From assembly GCA_964614115.1 (NCBI GenBank), contig CAZTKR010000001.1, positions 10,614-74,613 of the forward strand: 64,000 bases of DNA. The letters run 5' to 3'. The translations under genes and the position numbers were made by a program. The DNA is from an uncultured bacterium. Lineage in GTDB: Bacteria > Zhuqueibacterota > QNDG01 > DSAB01. The notes below the pieces were generated by a model that was not told the DNA's origin, searched no databases, and was given only the letters and a program-made list of their open reading frames with translations. This document shows positions 21,474 to 29,654 of the stretch, piece by piece (within the stretch, counting starts at the first letter, position 1; each line of letters begins with the position of its first letter).

Positions 21474-22790
21474 ATGAAAATAAAATCGATCCATCGTTTT
21501 AGACGAGGCATTTTTCTCGTTGTATGGCTCCTGGGAATGTTGGGAACTGCCGCGGCCGGGGACGTGGTCATCACCAATGCGACCCTCGTCACTGTGACGG
21601 GAGGAACCGTCGAAAACGGCACGCTCCTGATTCAAGATGATCGAATCGTGGCCCTGGGAACCGATGTGGACGTACCGCCCGGTGTTGAGGTCATCGACGC
21701 CCGGGGCTTGTATGTGTATCCCGGCATGATAGACGCCACCACATCATTGGGATTGTACGAAGTGGGAGCCGTCCGTGCGACGGTGGATGCGTCAGAGATG
21801 GGAACGTACAACCCCCATATCGAGGCGGCCGTGGCCATCAATCCCCACAGCGTTCACATACCCATCAGCCGCGTGAACGGAGTCACCTCGGCCCTGGTGG
21901 TCCCCGGAGGAGCCGTCATCTCGGGACAGAGCGCTCTCATCAATCTCAACGGCTGGACGCCGGAAGAGATGGTGGTGAAGGCTCCGGTGGGTATTCACAT
22001 TCAGTTCCCCCGCCTGCCCCGGCAGGACGATGAGAGCGGGCAGAGACCGTCGTCCCAGAAGAAGAAAGACACCAAGGAGAGGACAGAGAAGGAAATCAAG
22101 GCGTTGATGGACGTCTTCAAGAAGGCCAAGCGGTATGCGGCCACCTGGGAGGCCTACATGAAATCGATGAAGCCGCCGGCCCCTGCGAAAGACCTGATGC
22201 TGGAAGCCCTGGTACCGGTGGTCAAGCGGGAATTGCCCGTCATCGTTTCCGTGCATGTGGAAAAGGACATCAAGAATGCAGTGGATTTCGTGGACACCCT
22301 GAACATCAAGGCCATATTCCATGGTGTGTACGAGGGGTGGAAGGTGGCTCCCTTGCTCAGCAAGAAAGGCATCCCTGTTCTGGTGGGCCCGGTTATGGTC
22401 AGTCCGGGACCCGAGGATCCGTATGATGCCATCTATGCCAACGCGGGCGTGCTCCACAAGGCAGGCGTGAAGATTGCGTTTGTCACGGAAAGCGCTCCCG
22501 ATGTGCGCAGCCTGCCCTATCATGCGGGCATGGCGGCGGCGTTCGGATTGCCCAGGGAGCAGGCATTGAAAGCGGTGACGATTTATCCTGCAGAGATATT
22601 CGGCGTTGCCGATAAGCTGGGCAGCCTGGAGGTCGGCAAGCTCGCCAATGTGATCGTCACCGACGGCGATCCCTTGGAGATGCGGACACAGATAAAGCAT
22701 GTGTTCATCGCCGGCCAGAAGATCCCCATGACCAGCAAGCATAAGGCTCTTTATGAGACGTTTCGGAAACGACCGGCTGCGAAGGAGTGA
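21474..22790 (+). CDS. Secreted amidohydrolase-superfamily protein (COG1228-like), paralog 3, HxH motif lost
   Basis: Signal peptide MTMKIKSIHRFRRGIFLVVWLLGMLGTAAAG. Motif VYPGMIDATTSL (no His). Closest paralog is paralog 1. I place the start at ATG 21474 (AGAGG 6 nt upstream). The track ORF begins at 21402. Confidence 0.8.
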   Translation: MKIKSIHRFRRGIFLVVWLLGMLGTAAAGDVVITNATLVTVTGGTVENGTLLIQDDRIVALGTDVDVPPGVEVIDARGLYVYPGMIDATTSLGLYEVGAVRATVDASEMGTYNPHIEAAVAINPHSVHIPISRVNGVTSALVVPGGAVISGQSALINLNGWTPEEMVVKAPVGIHIQFPRLPRQDDESGQRPSSQKKKDTKERTEKEIKALMDVFKKAKRYAATWEAYMKSMKPPAPAKDLMLEALVPVVKRELPVIVSVHVEKDIKNAVDFVDTLNIKAIFHGVYEGWKVAPLLSKKGIPVLVGPVMVSPGPEDPYDAIYANAGVLHKAGVKIAFVTESAPDVRSLPYHAGMAAAFGLPREQALKAVTIYPAEIFGVADKLGSLEVGKLANVIVTDGDPLEMRTQIKHVFIAGQKIPMTSKHKALYETFRKRPAAKE

Positions 22791-23802
22791 ATCGGAGGCC
22801 AAGGAGACAGTCATCAGAAGCATCGTTCTCTGCGGCGTGCTCATCACCCTTTTTATCTCGTGTGCATCTTTTGTGACGAGAAGGCATCCTCTGGCGGATC
22901 GGGTTGTGTGCATCGATCCGGGGCATGGTGGGACGGCCGCGTTCGACAGTTACCGCGTCGGTCCCGCCGGAGAGCGCGAAGAATGGATTGATTTGCGCGT
23001 GGCCATAGCCCTTAAGGAGATGCTGGAGGTCCGAGGCGCCAGAGTCCTCATGACACGAACCGAGGATGTCGATGTGCCCTTGAAAGACAGGGCCTTCCTG
23101 GCCGTAACGGGCGGCGCCGATGTCTTTCTCTCCATCCATCACAACGCAACCGCGGATTCTTCTGTCAACTTTCCCATCATTTATTTTCACGGGAATGCCT
23201 CGGAGAATCGGGCCAGTGTGCAGTTGGGCCGTCTGGTGGCCCGCCGTCTTTCGGAAGCGCTGTTCGATGGACACACACCGTTGAGCCTGGTGTCGGATCA
23301 CACGATCTTTCCAGAGGCTGGCACGGCGGTCTTGAGGCATTCCTATGGGATTCCGGGTATCATCGGGGAAGCCTCTTTCTTTACCCATCCCGATGAAGAG
23401 GAACGCCTGAAAGACGATGCGTACAACCGGAAGGAGGCCGCGGCTTACGTCATGGCTCTGGAAGAATTCTTTTCCCACCGCATCCCCCCAATCCATGAGA
23501 AGTATTCCAACGGGCGGATTCCTCCCTTCGCCGTGTTCCAGGAAGCGGAACGCATGGATCCCGTGGCCAGGCGCTGGAAAGACGATTTCTACGAAGGTGA
23601 ACGCCTGTTTCAGGAAGGGCACACCGAAACACTCCAGCACGCTTACGATCTGTTCACCCGTTCGGCGAAGTCCTTCCCCGACTCGTGGGTCGCCGGAAAG
23701 TGTCATCTGTATCGCTGGAAAATACTGCGTTTGCTGAATAAGACGGAGGAGGCCGATCTGGAGAGAAAACGCGTTGAGGAGTATTATATCGATTTGAAAT
23801 AA
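22753..23802 (+). CDS. N-acetylmuramoyl-L-alanine amidase (Amidase_3, AmiC-like) lipoprotein with C-terminal helical/TPR-like region
   Basis: Lipobox LFISC. Amidase_3 Zn ligands in VVCIDPGHGG...SIHHNA...E. The exact start is uncertain because it overlaps the upstream gene by 38 nt. Confidence 0.8.
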   Translation: MRRFGNDRLRRSESEAKETVIRSIVLCGVLITLFISCASFVTRRHPLADRVVCIDPGHGGTAAFDSYRVGPAGEREEWIDLRVAIALKEMLEVRGARVLMTRTEDVDVPLKDRAFLAVTGGADVFLSIHHNATADSSVNFPIIYFHGNASENRASVQLGRLVARRLSEALFDGHTPLSLVSDHTIFPEAGTAVLRHSYGIPGIIGEASFFTHPDEEERLKDDAYNRKEAAAYVMALEEFFSHRIPPIHEKYSNGRIPPFAVFQEAERMDPVARRWKDDFYEGERLFQEGHTETLQHAYDLFTRSAKSFPDSWVAGKCHLYRWKILRLLNKTEEADLERKRVEEYYIDLK

Positions 23803-23890
23803 GAGATTTTTTTATTACTTTGATTTATGGCATGTCATGAGCCTGCGCCTTTTTTAAGCTCCTGTGAGAAGCAAAGGGAGGGAGAAAAAC

Positions 23891-24973
23891 ATGCCGTCCC
23901 AAGAAAAATCCAAGCAGCGGATAGCCCTTCACGCCGATAGTCGTCTCACCGTGTTCCTCTTGAGCATTCTGGTCATCATTGCCCTGGGATTCGTGCTCCA
24001 TCAGCTCCAGGCCATATTCAAACCGCTTCTGATTGCCGTGTTCCTCTCGTTCGTGTTCGAACCCATGGTGGACATCTTTACGAAAATAAAGATACCCAAA
24101 TTCTTAGCCTTCATCCTTTCGCTGATCATCGTGTTTGTGGTCATCGACCTGCTGGGCATGGTCATTTATGCGAACATCGCCGCATTCGTCGATGAGTTTC
24201 CCAAGTACCAGGACAAATTCAACGGGCTGTACACGCGAATCATCGGATTCTTGAGAATCCCCCACGAAGAGGTTCAAAACTACCTGGAAAACATCAAGTG
24301 GACAGAGCTGTGGCAGAAGGCATCCCTGACTCGAATACTCGGGTCTACGGTAGGATCGTTCGTGAATTTTCTGGCGAATCTTTTCCTGATTCTTTTATTC
24401 ACGGTATACATCGTCCTGGGCAGGACGCATTTTCTGATGAAGCTTCGTCGAGCCTTCGATGAGGAACGCACCTTAAAGGCGTATGACGTGTTTATCAACA
24501 TCAACATGGGCATGCAGAAGTATCTCGTGGCCAAGACGCTCATCAGCCTGGTAACGGGTGTGGTGGCGACGATTATCCTCCTGATTTTCGGAATCGAATT
24601 TGCCTTTGTGTGGGGTCTGTTGACGTTCGTACTCAACTTTATCCCCAACGTGGGGTCGATCATTGCCACTATTCCACCGGTTCTTGTGGCCTTCTTTCAG
24701 TACGGCTCCGTATTCCCGGGTGTTTGGGTCGTACTCCTGCTCCTGGCCAATCAGATGACTATGGGGAATCTGGTAGAGCCCCGTGTCATGGGCAAGAGCC
24801 TGAATCTGAGTCCTCTGGTCGTCATACTGTCGTTGATCTTCTGGGGATTCATCTGGGGGCCCATCGGTATGATCCTGGCCGTACCGATTTCCGTGACCAT
24901 TCAGATTATCTGTGCGAACATCGACTCGTTGAGACCGATCAGTGTTTTTATGGGAGGAGATATAGAGTCTTGA
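23891..24973 (+). CDS. AI-2E family transporter (PerM/YhhT-like permease)
   Basis: About 8 predicted TM helices with AI-2E family sequence features. I place the start at ATG 23891, behind GGAGGGAG. The track ORF begins at 23864. Confidence 0.85.
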   Translation: MPSQEKSKQRIALHADSRLTVFLLSILVIIALGFVLHQLQAIFKPLLIAVFLSFVFEPMVDIFTKIKIPKFLAFILSLIIVFVVIDLLGMVIYANIAAFVDEFPKYQDKFNGLYTRIIGFLRIPHEEVQNYLENIKWTELWQKASLTRILGSTVGSFVNFLANLFLILLFTVYIVLGRTHFLMKLRRAFDEERTLKAYDVFININMGMQKYLVAKTLISLVTGVVATIILLIFGIEFAFVWGLLTFVLNFIPNVGSIIATIPPVLVAFFQYGSVFPGVWVVLLLLANQMTMGNLVEPRVMGKSLNLSPLVVILSLIFWGFIWGPIGMILAVPISVTIQIICANIDSLRPISVFMGGDIES

Positions 24974-24984
24974 AAACAATACGT

Positions 24985-26751
24985 ATGGACGGCGAAAAAC
25001 TTTATTGGGCATTTTATTACGGCAAGAAAGAAGTCATCAAACGAAGAAAGCACCTGAACAAGATCAATGTGTTTCCCGTGGCCGACGGCGACACGGGAAC
25101 TAACCTGGCCATGACGATGCAGTCCATCATCGACGGAACGACGAGGACACCCGTTGTCTCCGACGTCAGCCGCGGCATGGCCGAAGCGGCATTGATGGGC
25201 TCCCGGGGCAATTCGGGAATCATCTTTGCTCAATTTTTATGGGGACTGAGTGAAGCGGTACGGGGCAAGAGGATACTGAATCGCAAAGAATTTGCCCATG
25301 CGATGAAGAATGGGGTGGAACACGCGTACCGGGCCATGAAGAAACCGGTGGAGGGGACGATACTGACGGTGATGAAGGCCTGGTCGAACGCATTATCGCA
25401 TCTTCATGAACATACCGGTGATTTTGTCGAACTGCTGAGTCATTCTCTGGACTCGGCCAGAACGTCACTCCGGGAGACGCCCAAAAAGTTGAAAGTACTG
25501 GAGAAGGCGGGCGTCGTGGATGCAGGCGCACAGGGATTTGTTCATTTTCTCGAGGGCATGGTCCATTTTCTCCGGCATGGGAGAAAGCATGACCTGGAAG
25601 CGGACGTCATCCCTGTGCTCGAAGACGACCATGATGCCGTGTTTGCGGCAGACAAGGAGATCGATTACAGGTACTGCACTGAGGCCATCCTCAGGGGAGA
25701 GCGGTGTGTGCCAGACGATGTTCGAGAGGCAGCTTCCCCCTACGGCGATTCTCTAATCGTGGCGGGAGCGGAGAGCCGGGTGAAGGTGCATATACACACA
25801 AACCAGCCGGCCGATTTTTTTTCCGCCCTGCGTCGTTTCGGGGACATCTCTCATCCCAAGGTGGACGACATGCTCCGGCAGCGCGATGTCCAGTTTCATC
25901 GTAAGGCATCCATCGCCCTGGTGACCGATTCGGCATGCGATCTTCCCCAGGAGATCTTCGATCGATACCAGATACACGTCGTGCCCCTGAACATTGTCTT
26001 TGGTGAGAGTCAGTATCTGGACAAGATAACATTGACGCCCGATCAGTTTTACACCATGCTGGAGGACGAACCCGAGTTTCCCAGAACGTCTCAACCCGTG
26101 GTTCGAGCATTCGAGCAGTTATACAGTCGGTTGATTGCCCACTACGATTCCGTCGTTTCCATCCATCTGTCCAGAGCTCTGTCCGGCACCTGGAATGCAG
26201 CGTATGTTGCTTCTCAAAACATCGACAAACGAAACATTGCGGTCATCGATTCGAAGAATTTATCCACCGCATTGGGTTTGATCGTCCTTCGCGTGGCCCA
26301 GGACATACAGGAAGGAAAATCGCTGGAAGAGGTGGTGCGAACAGCCGAGGCGTTACGCACCAAGGCGCGGGTGCTGGTGAGCGTCCGAACACTGAAGTAC
26401 ATGGTTCGAGGCGGAAGAGTCAGCCCGCTGAAGGGAATCCTGGCCAAGGCTCTCAACCTGAAGCCCATCGTGTCGTTGAATGAAGCGGGAGAAACAACGC
26501 TGTACGGAAAGGCCTTCAGCACCCGTTCGAATATCAGGAAGATTCTCAAGATGGTCGAAGCGCATCATCGTGCGTCTACCATCCAGACATACGCTATCGG
26601 GCATGCCCATGCCCAGGACGGGGGACAAGACCTGGCCGAGAGGCTTCATGACATACTCGGTTTTGAGCGGGCGTTTACGATGAATGTGTCACCGGCCATC
26701 GGAGCCCATGCAGGCATCGGTTGCGTGAGTGTAGCCTATCTATCCGATTAA
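24985..26751 (+). CDS. DAK2-domain / DegV-domain fusion protein (YloV-like)
   Basis: N-terminal DAK2 domain (NVFPVADGDTGTNLAMT) and C-terminal DegV fatty-acid-binding domain (IALVTDSACDLP...PRTSQP). The long upstream extension of the track ORF (from 24610) overlaps the transporter gene and is rejected. An alternative TTG start at 24970 has better SD spacing. Confidence 0.85.
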   Translation: MDGEKLYWAFYYGKKEVIKRRKHLNKINVFPVADGDTGTNLAMTMQSIIDGTTRTPVVSDVSRGMAEAALMGSRGNSGIIFAQFLWGLSEAVRGKRILNRKEFAHAMKNGVEHAYRAMKKPVEGTILTVMKAWSNALSHLHEHTGDFVELLSHSLDSARTSLRETPKKLKVLEKAGVVDAGAQGFVHFLEGMVHFLRHGRKHDLEADVIPVLEDDHDAVFAADKEIDYRYCTEAILRGERCVPDDVREAASPYGDSLIVAGAESRVKVHIHTNQPADFFSALRRFGDISHPKVDDMLRQRDVQFHRKASIALVTDSACDLPQEIFDRYQIHVVPLNIVFGESQYLDKITLTPDQFYTMLEDEPEFPRTSQPVVRAFEQLYSRLIAHYDSVVSIHLSRALSGTWNAAYVASQNIDKRNIAVIDSKNLSTALGLIVLRVAQDIQEGKSLEEVVRTAEALRTKARVLVSVRTLKYMVRGGRVSPLKGILAKALNLKPIVSLNEAGETTLYGKAFSTRSNIRKILKMVEAHHRASTIQTYAIGHAHAQDGGQDLAERLHDILGFERAFTMNVSPAIGAHAGIGCVSVAYLSD

Positions 26752-26763
26752 CAGGAGGCCGCC

Positions 26764-27537
26764 ATGGTGACGGGTATTTTCTATACGGGAGTCGCCCTTT
26801 TTGTGTTCATGAGTCTTTTTTATGTATGTTCTCAAATGGTGAAAAAGATCAGCATCGTGGACGTGGCATGGGGGGGCGGATTCATACTCGTGGCCGGTTT
26901 AAACCTGGCCAGGGCCCGAAGCATCACGACGCGGCAGGTCCTCGTAACATCCATGGTGTTCATCTGGGGAGTGCGCCTGATTGGTCATCTTTATTCACGG
27001 TTGAGAGGAAAACCCGAGGATTACCGTTACCAACAGATGAAGGAGCGTTGGGGAGACCGGGCGGCCGTACGAACGTACACGCGTGTGTTCCTTTTCCAGG
27101 GTTTATTGGTTCTGGCCATCGGATACCCCCTGATCATGGTGAATGTGCACATCGAAGAATCCCTTTATCCATCTGATTTTATCGGAACAGCCGTCTGGCT
27201 GGCTGGGTTTTTATGGGAAACCATCGCAGATGTGCAGTTGAGACGGTTCATTCGATTCCAGAAAAAATCGAGAGACGATATCATGACCCGCGGGCTGTGG
27301 CATTATTCCCGTCATCCCAATTACTTTGGCGAGGCATTGCAGTGGTGGGGCGTGGCTATCGTCGTCCTGCCCGTACGCTATGGATGGCTGGCCTTCTTCG
27401 GGCCCTTGATCATAACGATTTTATTGTTAAAAGTATCCGGCGTTCCTTTGCTGGAAAAGCGATATGCCGACAATCCTGCCTATGGTGAGTATGCGCGGAA
27501 AACCAGCCTGTTCATCCCCTGGTTTCCCAAGGAGTAA
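26764..27537 (+). CDS. DUF1295 family polytopic membrane protein (steroid 5-alpha-reductase / ICMT-like fold)
   Basis: 257 aa, multi-TM, with the signature WHYSRHPNYFGE. AGGAGG RBS. Confidence 0.8.
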   Translation: MVTGIFYTGVALFVFMSLFYVCSQMVKKISIVDVAWGGGFILVAGLNLARARSITTRQVLVTSMVFIWGVRLIGHLYSRLRGKPEDYRYQQMKERWGDRAAVRTYTRVFLFQGLLVLAIGYPLIMVNVHIEESLYPSDFIGTAVWLAGFLWETIADVQLRRFIRFQKKSRDDIMTRGLWHYSRHPNYFGEALQWWGVAIVVLPVRYGWLAFFGPLIITILLLKVSGVPLLEKRYADNPAYGEYARKTSLFIPWFPKE

Positions 27538-27549
27538 TATACCGTTTCC

Positions 27550-28170
27550 ATGAGTCTGTTCTTTCGCATGCACCCTGAGAATCCGCAAGTACGGATGATT
27601 CGACAATCAGCCCAGATTGTACGGGACGGTGGCGTGATTGCTTATCCGACGGATTCGGGCTATGCCCTGGGTTGTCACCTGGGGGATAAGACGGCACTGG
27701 ACCGGATGCGCCAGATCAGGCAGCTGGATGCGCGCCACCACTTTACGCTTATTTGCCGGCATCTTTCGGAGGTCGGAACGTTTGCGGCGTTCGATACGCC
27801 GGTCTATCGTTTGCTCAAGGCGAACACGCCGGGCTCCTATACATTTATCCTTCGTGCGACGCGAGTCGTTCCCAGGCGAGTCATGCACCAAAAGACAAAA
27901 ACCATCGGAATCCGTATCCCCGATCATCCCATCGTACAGGCACTTCTGATAGAGATGGACGAACCCATGCTCACCACCACACTCATACTCCCAGGTGATG
28001 TATACCCCATGAACGACGCATCGGAAATCCGTGAGCGTCTTCAAAATCATATAGACCTGATCATAGACGGCGGGCCGTGCGGAACCATTCCCACCACGGT
28101 CGTCGATTTATCCGACGATGTGCCACGTATACTCAGAGTAGGACGGGGGGATCCGTCTCCCTTTTCATGA
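27550..28170 (+). CDS. tsaC: L-threonylcarbamoyladenylate synthase (TsaC/YrdC family)
   Basis: 206 aa. YrdC fold motifs (VIAYPTDSGYALGC, NTPGSYTFIL). Single-domain form. Confidence 0.85.
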   Translation: MSLFFRMHPENPQVRMIRQSAQIVRDGGVIAYPTDSGYALGCHLGDKTALDRMRQIRQLDARHHFTLICRHLSEVGTFAAFDTPVYRLLKANTPGSYTFILRATRVVPRRVMHQKTKTIGIRIPDHPIVQALLIEMDEPMLTTTLILPGDVYPMNDASEIRERLQNHIDLIIDGGPCGTIPTTVVDLSDDVPRILRVGRGDPSPFS

Positions 28171-28283
28171 GTCACGAACGAGGATCTTAAGATCTCCGAC
28201 GGCTTTCATACACGTCACACCGAAAGGATAGGATTGATTTTTTCTTATTGATTTATAGGAATTCTTTTTATATGTTTCATACG

Positions 28284-28766
28284 ATGAATGGACGGCAGGA
28301 TTGGATCAAGTTGATCGTCAGTCTGTTGGTTTGCCAGCTGACAGGAGCCATCGGTTCGGTATTCACGCGACCGGCCATATCCCAGTGGTATGTTTTCCTG
28401 CAAAAACCGTCTTTCACACCTCCCAGCGGCGTATTTGCTCCTGTCTGGATTTTTCTGTACCTGTTGATGGGGCTCGCTTTCTTCCTCATCTGGCGCCAGG
28501 GTATCGATAATCAATATGCTAAACGTACCGTTATTTTTTTCATCGGGCAATTGATACTAAACGGCCTATGGTCTATCCTGTTTTTTGGTCTCCGGTCACC
28601 GCTGGCGGGGTTGGTGGATATCCTGCTTTTATGGGTATTGATTGTTATCACAACCTGTCGTTTTTATAGAATATACCGCACAGCTGGACTGCTGATGTTG
28701 CCCTACATTGTTTGGGTGAGTTTTGCGGCTGTTTTGAATGGAAGCATCTGGCTTCTTAACCGGTAA
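28284..28766 (+). CDS. tspO: TspO/MBR family tryptophan-rich sensory protein
   Basis: Five TM helices, Trp-rich, length ~160 aa from ATG 28284. The track ORF starts at TTG 28248 (ATG 28272 is also possible). Confidence 0.85.
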   Translation: MNGRQDWIKLIVSLLVCQLTGAIGSVFTRPAISQWYVFLQKPSFTPPSGVFAPVWIFLYLLMGLAFFLIWRQGIDNQYAKRTVIFFIGQLILNGLWSILFFGLRSPLAGLVDILLLWVLIVITTCRFYRIYRTAGLLMLPYIVWVSFAAVLNGSIWLLNR

Positions 28767-28808
28767 CGAGGACTGAAATATACGTAATAGAATCGAAAGG
28801 AGAAGAGA

Positions 28809-29291
28809 ATGGCCAACGTACTTAAAGTGATCGATGTGGTCGATATCGGGATCGAAAAGGAGAAGGCACGGCGCGATTTCTATGATCGGGTGTCGCAGCA
28901 TTTTGAGGACGAAGAGATGAAGAGCCTGTTTACCCGGCTCAGAGATTGGGAAGACGCCCATATTAAAAAATTTCACCTGATACGGAATACCGTGGAGAGC
29001 TCTCCAACCGTCGAAACGTATCCGGGTGAACTGCAATCTTATATGGATGCCCTGGTAGACGACATGCTGTATTCGAAAGTATCGCCCGAATCGTTCAGTG
29101 CCAATGTAAAAACACCCATAGACGCCATCAATTATGGGATCGGGTTCGAGAAGGACGCCATCATGCTCTTCATGGAATTATCGGGCTATGTTGAGTCGAA
29201 GGACAAGGAGGCCATTCAAGAATTGATGGGAGAGGAGAGGCAGCATATCGTTTATCTGATAAAGCTTCGCAAGAAGTTGGCCGGTTCATAA
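28809..29291 (+). CDS. Ferritin-like (rubrerythrin-type diiron) domain protein
   Basis: 160 aa. Two E-x-x-H motifs (EDAHIKKF, EERQHIVYL) in a four-helix-bundle-like context. Good RBS GAAAGGAG. Confidence 0.6.
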   Translation: MANVLKVIDVVDIGIEKEKARRDFYDRVSQHFEDEEMKSLFTRLRDWEDAHIKKFHLIRNTVESSPTVETYPGELQSYMDALVDDMLYSKVSPESFSANVKTPIDAINYGIGFEKDAIMLFMELSGYVESKDKEAIQELMGEERQHIVYLIKLRKKLAGS

Positions 29292-29654
29292 CGGGCTTTT
29301 TTGCGATGCCCATGACTCCCCGGTTCCAGTCCCGCAATACCGGGGTCATAGGTCACGAGCGTGCATGGTGAGCCGCGCACCTCGGACGGTTCCTTCCCGA
29401 AATTCAAGGTCTGAATGCATTCTGTACGGAATTCCATTTTCGCTTCGAGTATCTAAAATACAAGGATGACATTTTTGTCCGGCGATGACTCAAGAATTAT
29501 TAGTAAAAGCTTTATTCGAATACGATAAGACGGTGCGTTCGATGCATTCGTTTTTTTAAGAGACCTTATGTATGTCGGTTTTAATAAAAGCACGACCCGG
29601 TGGGACACACCTCAGAACCCATACAATAATAATATAGAGAGGAATGAAGAGGAT

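Noticed and set aside
29252-29437. 61-aa - strand ORF and an 11-12-bp inverted repeat (ATGACTCCCCGGT...ACCGGGGTCAT) in the gap between the ferritin-like gene and the second S9 peptidase.
   Set aside because: The ORF has no RBS and no domain. The inverted repeat may simply be part of the ferritin-gene terminator region or the S9 promoter. It is insufficient to call a feature, so it was left unannotated.
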